A stretch of DNA of 64,000 nucleotides from Octopus vulgaris. Lineage: Eukaryota. The stretch's first letter is position 1. Each line of letters begins with the position of its first letter. Below are positions 40,861 to 53,826 of this stretch, piece after piece. The DNA is taken from positions 99,758,001 through 99,822,000 of the forward strand of contig OX597815.1 of NCBI GenBank assembly GCA_951406725.2, in the 5' to 3' direction. The position numbers were made by a program, and so were the translations under genes. Under the pieces are notes generated by a model that searched no databases, was not told the DNA's origin, and saw only the letters and a list, made by a program, of their open reading frames with translations.

Positions 40861-42349
40861 GAGAAAAAGGACAACGGCAAATATTGAAACCACTAATACT
40901 GCTGATGCTGATGCTGCTACAACTAAAACTTGTACTACTTCTGCTAATACCGGTACTACTAATATTACAAGTTACTCCCAATATGACCACAGATTCTAGC
41001 ACTTCTATCATTTCTACTAGAACAGCTACTGCCTAAGCTGCTACAGCTGTTTCTACTAATGAGACTAATACATCCACTACTACTACCATGGCCATTACAC
41101 CGGTGCTGCTGCTACAACAAAACACTCCTTGATACGAACATTGCTAATAAGGAACAAAAGAAAAACTGCCACTGATAAAATTGTTACTATAAATACTACC
41201 CAGCAGCCATCAGAATGAAACCAATAAGCAGCACCATGTAGATATGAAATGATATCCGGAAAGATTGATGCATTTTATTTCAATTTATTTTCTCTTCTAT
41301 CAGTGTGTAAATAAAATCAATTTGAAAACGATTGAAACCGGTAGCACATTTTCATGAAATACAACCATTTTCTTCCGTTTCTTCATGATAAAGTTCTGAG
41401 AGCTTTTTACTTCGTTTTATAAGATGCATACAGACATACATATATTCCTCTCTACATACATGCACATTTGCATACATACTTTCGTCCATATATACAGATT
41501 ACGTATATAAAGTGTTTATATATGTATTTGCATAGTTACATGTATTCATGCATATGTATAAAAATCATTTCTGAACATTAAATATACTATACACATACAT
41601 ATGTACATACATCCATTCATAAATAATTGCTTTCATACATGCATACATATACATTATTTGTGAACACAAAACATCTTTTATGAAGCGATTATACTAAATA
41701 ACAACATTAATGATATTTCCCTCTATATAATACTGCACTATGCCGTCTGAGTTGCCCTTTCTTTCTCTTTGCACTCAATTTTATTTTCTCGGCAATTTCG
41801 ATTTTAATCGTTTACATATCACACTGTGATTTTGTTGTATACCAGTAAAAACATTTTATTCGGCATGATTGTCGTATTTAGATTTCAATAACAATAATCC
41901 GCACATAGTTTGTCTTCATACTGTATAAGGGGCCATTCTCTGAAACGTTTGGCAATCTTCCTCGTGCCCAGCTTGTATGCTTGCATACGAATTAATGATG
42001 GGTGGTCGTTTGTGTTTCTGTTGAACAGACCAACTTTATTTGTTATAAGGCCACTAATTCAGTGTTATTGTCAATTTCTCTCAATTTTAGCCCCATACTC
42101 GGCTTGAAAAATATTAATAAAAGACACGGGGAGAGTATGGCGTGCTTAATAAAGCTAACAACAAGTTCAACGTGAAGAATGTTCTGGCAGATAGCCGCCA
42201 TTGCGGCCGGCCACGCGCTCCCAGCTAACTTTGTTACGGCAATGTTGGAACATCAATTTTGCTCTACGCTTGCCAATGACAAGATGTATTCTAGAGCTAT
42301 TATACACTCATTACGCTAATCCACAACAAAAGCAAATGGCTTCTTTTCA

Positions 42350-42811
42350 AATATTTAAGATGTTTCTCACTCTTTCATTCTTTTCTTGGCTAACCTTTTT
42401 GTTCTTTCTGTATGTCAACCCCACTCTATTCTCTCTTTGGCTCTCAGTATATTTTCCTATGTCTCTCTCTTTTTTCTGTCTTCTATCTCCAGCTTAGCCA
42501 TTCCCTTCTTTAATTATCTGCACTGCTCTTTTTCTTTCTCCCCCTGTCGCTTTCTCTTTCCTTATAAGTTAATAACTCCTGCTGTATCTAACTAATATGA
42601 ATAGGTTTCTTCAGTTTCTAACTTTTCCCTTCCCACTTTTTCTCTCCGTTTTCTTGTTATTAAATCTTTTTCTTTCTCTCTTCTACTTCTTTCACATTCT
42701 TCTTCTTTCACATTCTTCTTCTCATTCTTTTTTGTCTCTATTGTTAATTTACTCTTTTGATTATTTTATTTTTGATTATTACCCTTTCCTAAACATTCTC
42801 TTTCACTTTTT

Positions 42812-42863
<52 letters not shown>

Positions 42864-43300
42864 CTTCCTCTCTTTCTCTCTTGCTACTTTTCACTTTATT
42901 CTGGCTTCCATTTTTCTTTCTCTAACAGTTCGTTTATCTTAATATAACTTTCTCTCCCATTCCTTTTGCTCCCCTTTCTCGTTGTCACTATTTCTCTTTC
43001 ATTTTCCCTATAGCTATCATTTTTTCTTTCTCCTTTACTTTCTCTTTCTATCTCTCTTTCCCATGCCTCACACTCACTTGTTTTATCAGTCTCTCTGAAT
43101 CCCTCTCTCTTTCTCTCTCTCTCTCTCTCACAAACACACTCTATCTTTTTCTCTTTCTTTCAGTCTCCTTCTATCACATACTTCGGTCTCTCCCTTTACT
43201 ATCGCCTCCATCTGTCTCACTATTTCTATGGTTAACTTAAACTTTCTCTTTCAGCGTCACGGCTTTCACCGATTACTCTGTTCTTCCTTCTCTTATCACA

Positions 43301-43355
<55 letters not shown>

Positions 43356-43669
43356 TCTTCTCTCTCACTTCCTTTCTATGCCACTCTTTCTGTTTCCCCT
43401 ATTTTGCTTATATTCACACACACATTAACACCATTACACCAATCACCTTCTCCGCTGTCGTCTGTTATCAGAAGTTTATTTTCTCTCTCAACAAGATGGC
43501 CAGTTTAAAACGTCTGCCAAATATACTTCCATGGCTAAATCTGTTTCATTTATTCTTTGTCTTACTCTATCGTCCTTAATTTTTTTATTGCTTTTATATT
43601 TCTTCCTTTTATCGAATTGTACACTATTTATTCAGTCTCTCTCTCTGTCTTTATCTCTCCTCCACTTCG

Positions 43670-43728
<59 letters not shown>

Positions 43729-44300
43729 ACACACACACACACATACACACACACTTTCTCTTTCTGTTTTTCTAAGTTCTCTATCTCATCCATGCATATA
43801 CAGATACGCACACACACACACGTACGTATGTATGTATGTGTGTATGTATATGTATATATGTATGTGCGTATGTGTATATATGTATATATGTATGTATGTA
43901 TGCATGTATATATGTATGTACGTACGTATGTATATGTATGTGTAGATTTTATGTATATATACGTATTTATATATATTTTGTTTCTGTCTCTCACTTTCTT
44001 CCTCTCTCGCCCTCTCTCTCACCCTACCGTTCTTGCTCTCTCTCTAGCTCTCTTTATGTCTATCCGTCTGTCTCTGTCTCTCTCTCTCTGTCTCTTTCTC
44101 TCTCTCACCTACTCTCTCAATCACTTTGACTTTCCGACTTTTATTTCATTCTGCTCTTTCATAATGAACACAATATACCGTCGATTCCCAATTGTCATAT
44201 TCTCAATATACGATCTAACATCAATCTAACTAATACCTCTTCCATTTGCCGTTCTCCACTCCTCCTTCCTATACTTCTTTAGATTGTCTTCGTTTCCTTG
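42350..44300. repeat. Second pyrimidine-rich low-complexity domain with (CT)n arrays
   Basis: Strong C/T bias on the + strand. Confidence 0.85.
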
Positions 44301-44519
44301 GATTATTTGGTCAGATTTACCATAACAGTTCTTTGTTTCATTATTTGTTTTTGGATGTGACATAGGCCGTCGTCTTCATAAACGGAAGGACAGCAACTTT
44401 TCGTATTCCAAATCAGAAATGACTTGATTGATTTAGCGAAACACATCTGTGGATAAATTATATATTTTCTATAAATCGTCTCAATTTTGAATATTTTTCA
44501 ATATAGCGTCCACATATAT

Positions 44520-44535
44520 AAGTATGTATGTATGC

Positions 44536-44568
<33 letters not shown>

Positions 44569-44708
44569 TGTATGTATGTATGTATTATCTACGTATGTAT
44601 GTATGTATGTATGTATGTATGTATGTATGTATGTATGTATGTATGTATGTATGCATGCATGTATTATGTAGTATGTCTGCTTATATTTATACGCATATGT
44701 ACTCAGAC

Positions 44709-44771
<63 letters not shown>

Positions 44772-44815
44772 TATAGATAGATAGACAGATAGATAGATTG
44801 ATTGATCGATAGGTG

Positions 44816-44879
<64 letters not shown>

Positions 44880-44880
44880 T

Positions 44881-44970
<90 letters not shown>
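44520..44970. repeat. (TATG)n followed by long (GATA)n tetranucleotide arrays
   Basis: Directly visible. Confidence 0.95.
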
Positions 44971-44971
<1 letters not shown>

Positions 44972-45289
44972 TCAGTTGAAACTATATATGCTAGTATTCT
45001 ATATAATAAATTATATATCGTCTGCCAAATTACTTTATTTTTTTTAAGGCAACTCATTGAAAGAATTTAAATAATAAATATTGATATATCACTTAGATTT
45101 TGGTACCGAATCAGTGAATGGAATCAACACAGTATTTGACTGGTATTTTTGCTGGTTTCCGCGGATTTATAAATAGTCAATGTTGAAAGATTTTCACATC
45201 CAACAGGATCTAGCTGTAAAAGTTTGCTTAAGCGTATTAATAACCCTTGGACGCATAACTGAAACTTCGTGCTTTTATATAATGGATTA

Positions 45290-45720
45290 CGACGAGGATG
45301 GTCCCAGTCGAATACCACGACGAGGGTTCCAGTATATTCTGTCAACGGAACATCCTCCTGCTCGAGAAATTAACATACATGTGGCTGAGCACTCCACAGA
45401 TATACGTACTCTTAATGTAGTTCTCGGAGAGACTCGGCGTGATACACAGTTTCATGCTTTTATATGATGGATTTACATCATTAGCGGAGGTGTATTAGTT
45501 AGTGGTTTGGTTGTTAAACTCATGATCGTATGGTTGTGGTTTCGATTCCCTGGACCGGGCAAGGCGTTGTGTTTTGGTGCAAAACACTTTATTCCATACT
45601 GCTTAAGTCCGTTCAGTTGGCAGAAATGAATAATCATGTGAGTGACCGGCGTCCCGTCCAGCTGGGGGAATATATGGTGGAGCGGGATTTTATACGTCAC
45701 AGAAACCAGGAATCTGACCT
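45290..45720. mobile_element. Two SINE relics: tail fragment (45290-45450, -) and family C-like copy (45480-45720, +)
   Basis: 45290-45450 is homologous to 46088-46230; 45480-45720 has a GGTTTCGATTCCC B box and homology to the reverse complement of 14915-15170. Confidence 0.75.
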
Positions 45721-46087
45721 TTTCAGTAATATAAGTTCGAGAATGAGTTTTATATTTTTCTTTTTTTTTATATATACCTCATTATAATGGTGACCTATAA
45801 CTGCCGGGTATTGTGGGCCATTTAAATATTGGTAGGTAATTTAAACCTTGGTGTATTTGAACTCATATGTAAAGAATCATAGCTAAACGACACCAAAACT
45901 ACTCTAACTACCAACATAACGTAGACGAGCACCGCCAGATTATTTTACTTTCTAATCTATTCATTCTTTAATAAACATGGCCCAAAAAACACAGCTTAAT
46001 ATATTTAGGTATGTATTTGGTACGGAATTCTACTATATATATCTACTGCCATTCTACCATATTAAAATATGATAGTAATATTCCTTG

Positions 46088-46400
46088 AAACCCCGTCGGT
46101 TACGACGACGAGGGTTCCAGTCTATCCTGTCAACAGAACAGCCTGCTCGTGAAATTAACATGCATATGGCTGAGCACTCCGCTGATATACCCTTAATGTA
46201 GTTCCTGTGGAGACTCAGCGTGATACAGAGTGTGACAAGGTTGACTCTTTGAAATACAGGTACTAGTCATTTTTGCCAACTATATGGACTGGAGCAACGG
46301 GAAAATAAAGTGTATTGCTCAAGGACACAACCCGTCACCGGGAATTGAACTCACGACCGTGAGCTGAATACCCTAACCATTAAACTGCACGCTTTCACTG
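46088..46400 (-). mobile_element. SINE family C-related, full length
   Basis: Reverse complement: GAGTTCAATTCCCGG B box, TGTGTCCTTGAGCAATACACTT core. Confidence 0.82.
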
Positions 46401-46426
46401 ATCGTAAAATTATCGGATTCTTTAAG

Positions 46427-46640
46427 GAGGCGAGCTGGAAGAATCGTTAGCACACCGAGCAAAATGCTTTGCGTCATTTTGTCCCTCTTTATTTTCGAAG
46501 TTCAAATTTCGCCGACGTCGACCTTGCCTTTCATCCTTTCGGAATCGATCAAATATGTACCAGTTGAGTATTGAGGTCATAGTAATTGACGTATCCCCTC
46601 TCCCTCAATTGTTGACCTTGTGCCAAAATTTGAAACCAAT
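46427..46640 (+). mobile_element. SINE family B, tail type B
   Basis: GGAGGCGAGCTGGAAGAATCGTTAGCAC..GTCGACCTTGCCTTTCATCCTTTCGG..CCTTGTGCC. Confidence 0.85.
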
Positions 46641-47044
46641 ATTATCTGATATTTGCACCACAGTTTGCAATTATAAAGTAAAATTGTATTGTAACATGCA
46701 AATGTGTTTTCGCTTTTCAGATAATATCTGAGGTAATCGTATGTTTCTTTTCCTCGTTAATGTTTCCAAAAAAATATTTCATATGTAAATGTTTGCTTGG
46801 GAGTTCGAGCTTCGTTTAGAACTTTATATAATTATGATTCAGGATAAATCGTTAGGCGAATACAGAGTGTAATATAAATTAAATGAATGGCATGGAAGCA
46901 GGAATTATGCTGTTAATTTCATTCGCATTCAGATGTTTCTCCCCTAAGATGACGCACAGTGACTCAGATTTGGGTGCAGTGCATCTTGTAGAAAAAACAT
47001 ATGTATGCTAATGAAGTTGATAACGTAATACGTGTTGCCTTGTC

Positions 47045-47945
47045 AGAAAGGCAGGCTGAAAGGCTACGCATACCAAAGGGGAGGATGCCAAGAATATATA
47101 TCAATTTCTCTTCATCTTATTCAGCGTGGAGAGCAAAATACTTTTTCGCCATTGTGTACAAGAAACTTACTAACTTTCCACTGCACTTTAGCTACATCGA
47201 CGCGTTGATACGGAAGCGAGGTATGCCAGGTTAAATCGGCTACTTTTAAGACACAGGAGCGGTGACCCAGCTCATCAAAGATCAACGGCAGGTCAGACGA
47301 AATCACACCTGCTCAATGCCTGTGCCTCGATACCACACAAGCGGTTTGAAGTTGCACTAGAGTGGCACCATGTACCCCAGAAAGTGAAATACCCCATCAA
47401 GGATTACGACAGCAAGTTCAAGTTGAGGGTTTTCTGTGGCCAGCTGATATGAGACTGGCATCAACAAGATCTGGGGATGAGTACAGGATTCACCATCTCG
47501 GTGATTCTCTTTCCGTTAACAATGAACATGCTCATGTCAGTAGAAAAGGAATGCAGTAATCTCCACGACACAAGAGCGAGGTAACTATCCAACAGAACCT
47601 TCTTGGATGATCTCACGGAAACAATACCAACAGTGCAGAAGGATAGGTGCAATTTCTGGGAAATAGAAAGCTTGTAGTTTGGACAAAGTTGTAGTTCAAA
47701 CCTGCAAAGTCCTGGCACATGTGTTTAAAGGAAGGAAAACTCAACAACAACCCCCGCTTCAAGGTAGGGGACACTAGATTCCGTCTATCACAGTGAAACC
47801 AATGATAAAACTTGAGTTTTTCAGCTGTAGTCTGAAAAACACTGACTCCATCAAGATGACCAGTGTAAACTTCGAAAACTGGTTGAAAGCTGTAGATATA
47901 TTTGCATTACCTGAAAGATACAAGACCTAGGTTAACCATGACAGC
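47045..47945 (+). mobile_element. Decayed RT fragment of a HERO-like (REL-type) non-LTR retrotransposon
   Basis: IPKGEDAKNIYQF..SVESKI.FAIV.KKLTNF..YID...GMPG; HTGAVTQLI; TGFTISVILF..TMNML; RTFLDDLT; FKPAKS; ITVKP; WLKAVD...LP. Confidence 0.8.
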
Positions 47946-49495
47946 AGATATCATAATAACTGAAAATAGTTAAGTACCTTATTAATTTACAATTCCGACT
48001 TCAGTTACCCTTATACGCCTGAAGAATGTAAGATCAGATTCCAGTGAAATTTTTACCTAAAATAATCAAGATAATTTTAATTTATCAGTGGCGTCAGTAA
48101 CCGACAATGTTAAGCCTATAAAGAAATTTATGATCATACATGTCAATTAAAATTTTCATGACATCAATACAATTAATCAAACATTTTACAATTCAAAATA
48201 TGAAAAGCCATCAACAGTTATTCTTGATTATGATAAATAAAATATTATCAGGGAGAAGAAAAGGAATATGTAACGTTTATTTCTCCAATAGAATGTCTGA
48301 TCTAAATGAAATGAAAAGTCAATCCACGATTTAAAATGTGCAGTGATTGAAATTTTCCGGGAATTACTTAATTTTAGAGTTATCAGCTTTATTTTTCACT
48401 AATTAATAAGGTGCAGTATTCTAAATGATGGAGAGATGAGAATTATAACGTTCTTTTCCTCTTTCCGAAACATGTTCGTGCAGTAAAATGTTTTCAACCT
48501 GAAATTGAAATTGCACATAGTTTCCGTATATTGTCTATATTTTCTTTCTAATACTTTGGTCGAGTGAAGAAAGGCAGAACTGGTGAATCTTTTCAGAACT
48601 TCTGAGACTAATGAGAGGAAGAGAGGAAGGAGAAAAATATGAGGTCGAGGATAACTAGAACGAAAAGTTTGCCACGGCAAAGACTCCAGTAAAAGCTCAA
48701 AGAGCTGGTGTTGTTATATTAGTTGAATGATTAAGGCTACTGCACATTAGGGGGAATGGTCTCTCAAATGTCTTCTAAACACCTTCTAATAAATTTCAAT
48801 CTCAGAGTTTTGGTTAACCCTAGGCTCGTGTAAAAAAAACACTGTCCTAAGTGCTTCGTAGAGGGATCGAATTCTGAATCATATTTTGCAAAGTTAACTT
48901 CTTGATCACACAAACATGGTTGCGTGATCACAGCTTCTATATGGCTTATGACTGGAATAAACAATGTATTGGTCTATTTGTCTATAACCATGATTGATCT
49001 TACGAGGGAAGATGAATAGACTATCTCAATGGATTATATTTCCTAGACCCGAAGTAGGCCAAATTGAAGTTGATTGGGAATTTTAGGTACAAATTTAAAT
49101 GTAATTTATTATATCTTAAATGCTCTCGGAGTTCATAAAATATTCATTGTTTACGTTACCTCCTGAGAAAGAAATACATTTGGTTAGGTTAATGTATTCA
49201 GTAAACATTTGTCTACATTCATATATATATATAGTGTTTATAATGTTTGTTGCCGCTACATTTTAACCCCAGGGAAACATTTTTTCCATCTGGTTTACGA
49301 CGACACACAACCTGCGACTGTTATATTGCTAGTAAGCGAATGGACCACTCCCTTTCCAGCAGCTGGAATAGATGTTTTCCGGGGGTTAAAATGTTCTAAA
49401 ATTTTTCTGCATGGAATAGCCATGTAAAAGTGGCAACAAACATTACTGTTTAGTACTGTTACTAAATCAATTTCTTTCAGAGATTTTAAAACTAA

Positions 49496-49557
<62 letters not shown>

Positions 49558-50184
49558 ACATACACACATACATGTATGTGTGTGTGTGTATTCATGTATT
49601 TTTGTAAGATTCCTGAAAGACAAAAATGGAATAGAACAGAAAGTGGTTGAAGAGAGCACGGGATGTTTGGCGAAAGATCTTTGACACACAAATAAACTAA
49701 AAATAGTAATAATAAAATTAAAGTGAAGATCAAATAAAAAGTGCATGTATTATGTTGGTGTGTGCGCGCATCTATGTATATATTATGTATGTATGTATGT
49801 ATGTATGTATGTATGCGTTGATTTTTCAGAAGTTGCATGTTACAGGGCTAAGTACAAGTGTAGAGTATTCTTTAATACCCTATAATTGAAAGGATCCCAT
49901 TTACAATACTGTAAGTTAGTCGTTTCCAATGTTCAACTGGTAAACTAAGCTTGCTTTCACTGTTTTTTAATATTTTCTTTTAAATATGACAGTTTGAAGA
50001 AAACTCGTGTGTGCGCGCACGCGCACACGCGCGTGTGTGTGTGTGTGTGTGTGTGTGTGCGTACATGTGTCCGTGTGTGTGTGTTTATATGCCTGCGTGT
50101 GTTTTAGTGTCTGCGCGTGCGTTTCAGTTTGTGTGTGTGTATGTATGTATATTATATGTATATATGCATATGTAAATATAAAAT

Positions 50185-50277
<93 letters not shown>

Positions 50278-51764
50278 TATATATTAATATATGTTTTTAT
50301 ATACGTACATACATACATATAAAACTCTCTTCTGAATGGATAAGTTAAAGGAAAGTTTTAAATAGAAAGTACCAGAATAAAATACACAATATACAATCCA
50401 GTTATGCTAAAATATTGAAGAAACAAATATATTTGATATAGCGAAGAAAAATTTCGAAATGAACAGTATGAGTTCAAATTTGTATTCTTGTTCGACATAA
50501 TAAGTACAATAAAGCTATTTGAAATTGTTAAGTTTTAAAAAAATCTATAATCGATATTTCAGTTACATTCCTTGATACATAATAAACTTATTTGATGTGT
50601 TGCCGTATTTTGAACAAAGACAATTTTGAACTGTACAAAGCCTTGATGTCTCTTGTTCTTTCTCTGTAAAATTCTTCATAACTCACTTAAAGATATACAT
50701 ATCTCATAAAGCGGCATTTTTCAAATTGAAACAACAGAAAAAGGAGCAAATTTTAACCGATGTGGTATTTACCTAAATGCCTTCCAGCGAATCGAAGAGA
50801 AAATTTACCGTCGAAAACGCTACAGAAAATTCTATGCCCTCAGTAACGCAGTGAATAACGAATTTAAAGCTTTTCTTTATTCGTTTGCTTTATCGAAATC
50901 CTGGAGGTTTTTCCTTGTCTTTAAAATGTCCGTTTCTTCGTAGATTTTCGTAATCTGTAAAGAATATTTCAGACTGACTGTAAAACCAGCAATGTTCTTT
51001 TGCTCATGGCAGACAATGAGTCATTTGAAAACCGTTGAGAGAGAATTGAAATAAGAAAATATAAAGAGGTGAAAGACTATATCGTATTAATGATGAAATA
51101 ATTCTTAGATTCCATTTCATACGTTTTAATAATTGATTGCTCCAGGCTTAACATGGAAATAATCTTTGAAATCAAATATATTTCTTTGACCGGATCAAGC
51201 AATTCCTTATCCCAAACAAAGCAAAAAGAAGGAAAAAATGAAAAAGAATAAATGTAAGAAAGATCGAGCTAATAGTCTAACGCACTCTAAACCTTGTGGG
51301 TGTAGTGTGTGGCTTAGTCGCTAGCTCTTTGCAAACAAATAACACATAATATTTAGTTAAGTTCTGCGATCAAATCACACTGGAGTCATTTTAACTTAGG
51401 TTTCTTCGGAGAAAGATAAAACTTTGGAGAGTAGACACTCAACATGCTAGAAATAACGGTCAAATATATCTCATATCACTCTATCGTCTTAAGAAGAGGG
51501 TACGCTAAATAATTTAGTCTAACTTAATCTCATTAAGACGCCTTTGACTCTACGATTCCTCGTTTTGCCACGGATGAGCTGAGCAAACGGCAGTAACTGT
51601 ATTATTGAAGATTCAATTAAAAAGGTTAGACATATCCCCTAAAGTTATGAAGTATAGTTGAGTATAGAACTATCAGAGACGTTTTCTGTCTTGTTATAAT
51701 GGTTTATGCCATAAACTATATATTTTATGGTATACCTCGATAATAAAATGTTATACAATATTCT

Positions 51765-51922
51765 TTTCTACTCTAGGCACACGACTCGAAATTTTGGTGG
51801 AGGAGGACAGTCGATTAGATCGACACCAGTACGCAACTGGCACTTCATTTATCGACCCCGAAAGAATGAAAGGCAAAGTCGACCTCGGCGGAATTTGAAC
51901 TCAGAACGTTAAGACAGACGAG
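51765..51922 (-). mobile_element. SINE family B, 5'-truncated, tail type B
   Basis: Homologous to 22011-22150. Confidence 0.85.
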
Positions 51923-52034
51923 ATATGATACAATATTGTAGGGATAATATTTAGATATAGTATCGCTCGATCTACACAATATCTATGATGTAGTTGTATA
52001 TACAACATTTACAGGTAAATATATATCTATACAC

Positions 52035-52132
<98 letters not shown>

Positions 52133-52260
52133 TTTTACTTATTTCAGTCATTTGACTGCAGCTACGCTGGAGCACCACATGTAGTCGAACAAATCGACCC
52201 CAGGATTTATTCTTTGTAAGCCTAAGTACTTATTCTTACCACACAGCCACTCCTGCGCCT
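52133..52260 (-). mobile_element. SINE family A with large internal deletion (head fused to tail)
   Basis: Tail sequence joins CTTACCACACAGCCACTCCTGCGCCT directly at ~52235. Confidence 0.85.
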
Positions 52261-52299
52261 TGTGACCGCGTGTGTACCGTTGGCGATTTTTTTCCCTCT

Positions 52300-52460
52300 G
52301 ACTTCCCTTCTCTGGATCTTTCCTTCTCCTATGTTTCCGACGAAGAGCTCCGCTCGAAACATTAACCCTCCTTCTTTCCTGAGCGTCCAATAATACTATA
52401 TTTGTTCCACGTCCTCGCGTTGTTGTGTTTTTTTGTGCTTTCTTGTTTGGATTAACTTTA
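52300..52460 (+). mobile_element. Short hammerhead-bearing repeat (PLE terminal-like); diverged paralog at 34260-34415
   Basis: GTTT-CCGACGA-AGAGC-TCC-GCTC-GAAAC; shared downstream CCTGAGCGT..TAATACT..CCACGTC(C/T)TCGCGT with the 34260 copy. Confidence 0.65.
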
Positions 52461-52780
52461 AATTAATAATTATATATATATAATTATATAAATGTATAAA
52501 TATCTGTGATTATGTTTCTTAGGATATTGTGGTAAGGATGGGAAATAAGCTATTTTTACTGCATTAATCTCGAAATTGGACCCAATACACAATTTACTGT
52601 GGAGTTTTATTTTGTACTTTTCATTTGCTCGCTCACAAACCGCCTTTTTGTAGGAGTTATCACAGTGGCATTTTAGCGCTTGTGGTGTCTTCTTTCAGCA
52701 TGTTGGAGAAGGTTATTTCCCGATCCCTTTAATATAATTATATAATTATATAAATATAGATATATATCCCGTTTGGATTA

Positions 52781-52822
<42 letters not shown>

Positions 52823-52918
52823 TTAATTTTATTATACAATTTACCTACAAGTTTTTATCTCATGCTGGCCACACGATAAAATCAATAAAATGGTTTTATC
52901 CTGATTTCTATTAAGTAT

Positions 52919-52986
<68 letters not shown>

Positions 52987-53169
52987 CGGGTGTTAAATAT
53001 GTATGTGTGGAAAGAGGTTGTTCTTTCCTAAGGATATTTATCTAAATGTACACCGGTTTAGCTCTATATTAATTAACGATACTGGAAATTCCACATGTGC
53101 ATAAGTACTAGTGTTTATCGTTGGTTTTTCTTCGATATTAGTACCTTACACTTATGAAATTTCAGTTTT

Positions 53170-53450
53170 GGGATTTGGTTTGCAAGATTCTTCATGTGAG
53201 TTCGTGTATTGAAGCATATTCTGTTGTGTCTGAGGAAAGTCGTTCTCTTTTAGTGCCTTATAATTTAACACACTCACCGGTAAAATTTCCACATTTTTCT
53301 TTTTTAATTTTCTAAGATTTTCGTTGCACCTTGCAACCTTTTCAACAGTCGTTGACTCTCATATTTTATTAATAACATGGTCTGGACAGAGTCAACGACT
53401 AATTAAAAGGTTGCAACTACTATTGAAAAGGTTATAAGACGCAATGAAAA
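53170..53450 (-). mobile_element. Diverged relative of the 11853-13060 element, with local inverted repeat
   Basis: TGCAAGATTCTTCATGTGAGTTCGTGTATTGAAGCA aligns to the reverse complement of 13020-13056; IR 53318-53359/53388-53450. Confidence 0.55.
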
Positions 53451-53594
53451 TACATATCGGAAATAGCGCTAAATGATTAAATTAAAAACTGTATAAAAGA
53501 TGTATAAAAACGGGTATATGGAAACAATGAAACAATGACTACCTGTGCCTTATATGAAAATAAATAAGAGAATAATATAATTTTTCTCTCTTGT

Positions 53595-53791
53595 CTTTTA
53601 CTTATTTCAGGCATAAGATTGTGGCCATGCGGGAGCACCGTCTTCAGGGATTTTAGTCGAAGAAATCGACCTCAGTAATTATTAAGTTTTAAGCCCGGTA
53701 CTTATTCTCTCGGTCTACATTTTCGAACCGCTATCGTACAGGGACTTTAAACTCATCAACACTGGTTGCCAAGCGGTGGGGAGGAGACAAA

Positions 53792-53825
<34 letters not shown>
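53595..53825 (-). mobile_element. SINE family A 3' half, diverged
   Basis: TTTTACTTATTTCAGGCAT..GGCCATGCGGGAGCACC tail in reverse. Confidence 0.78.
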
Positions 53826-53826
<1 letters not shown>

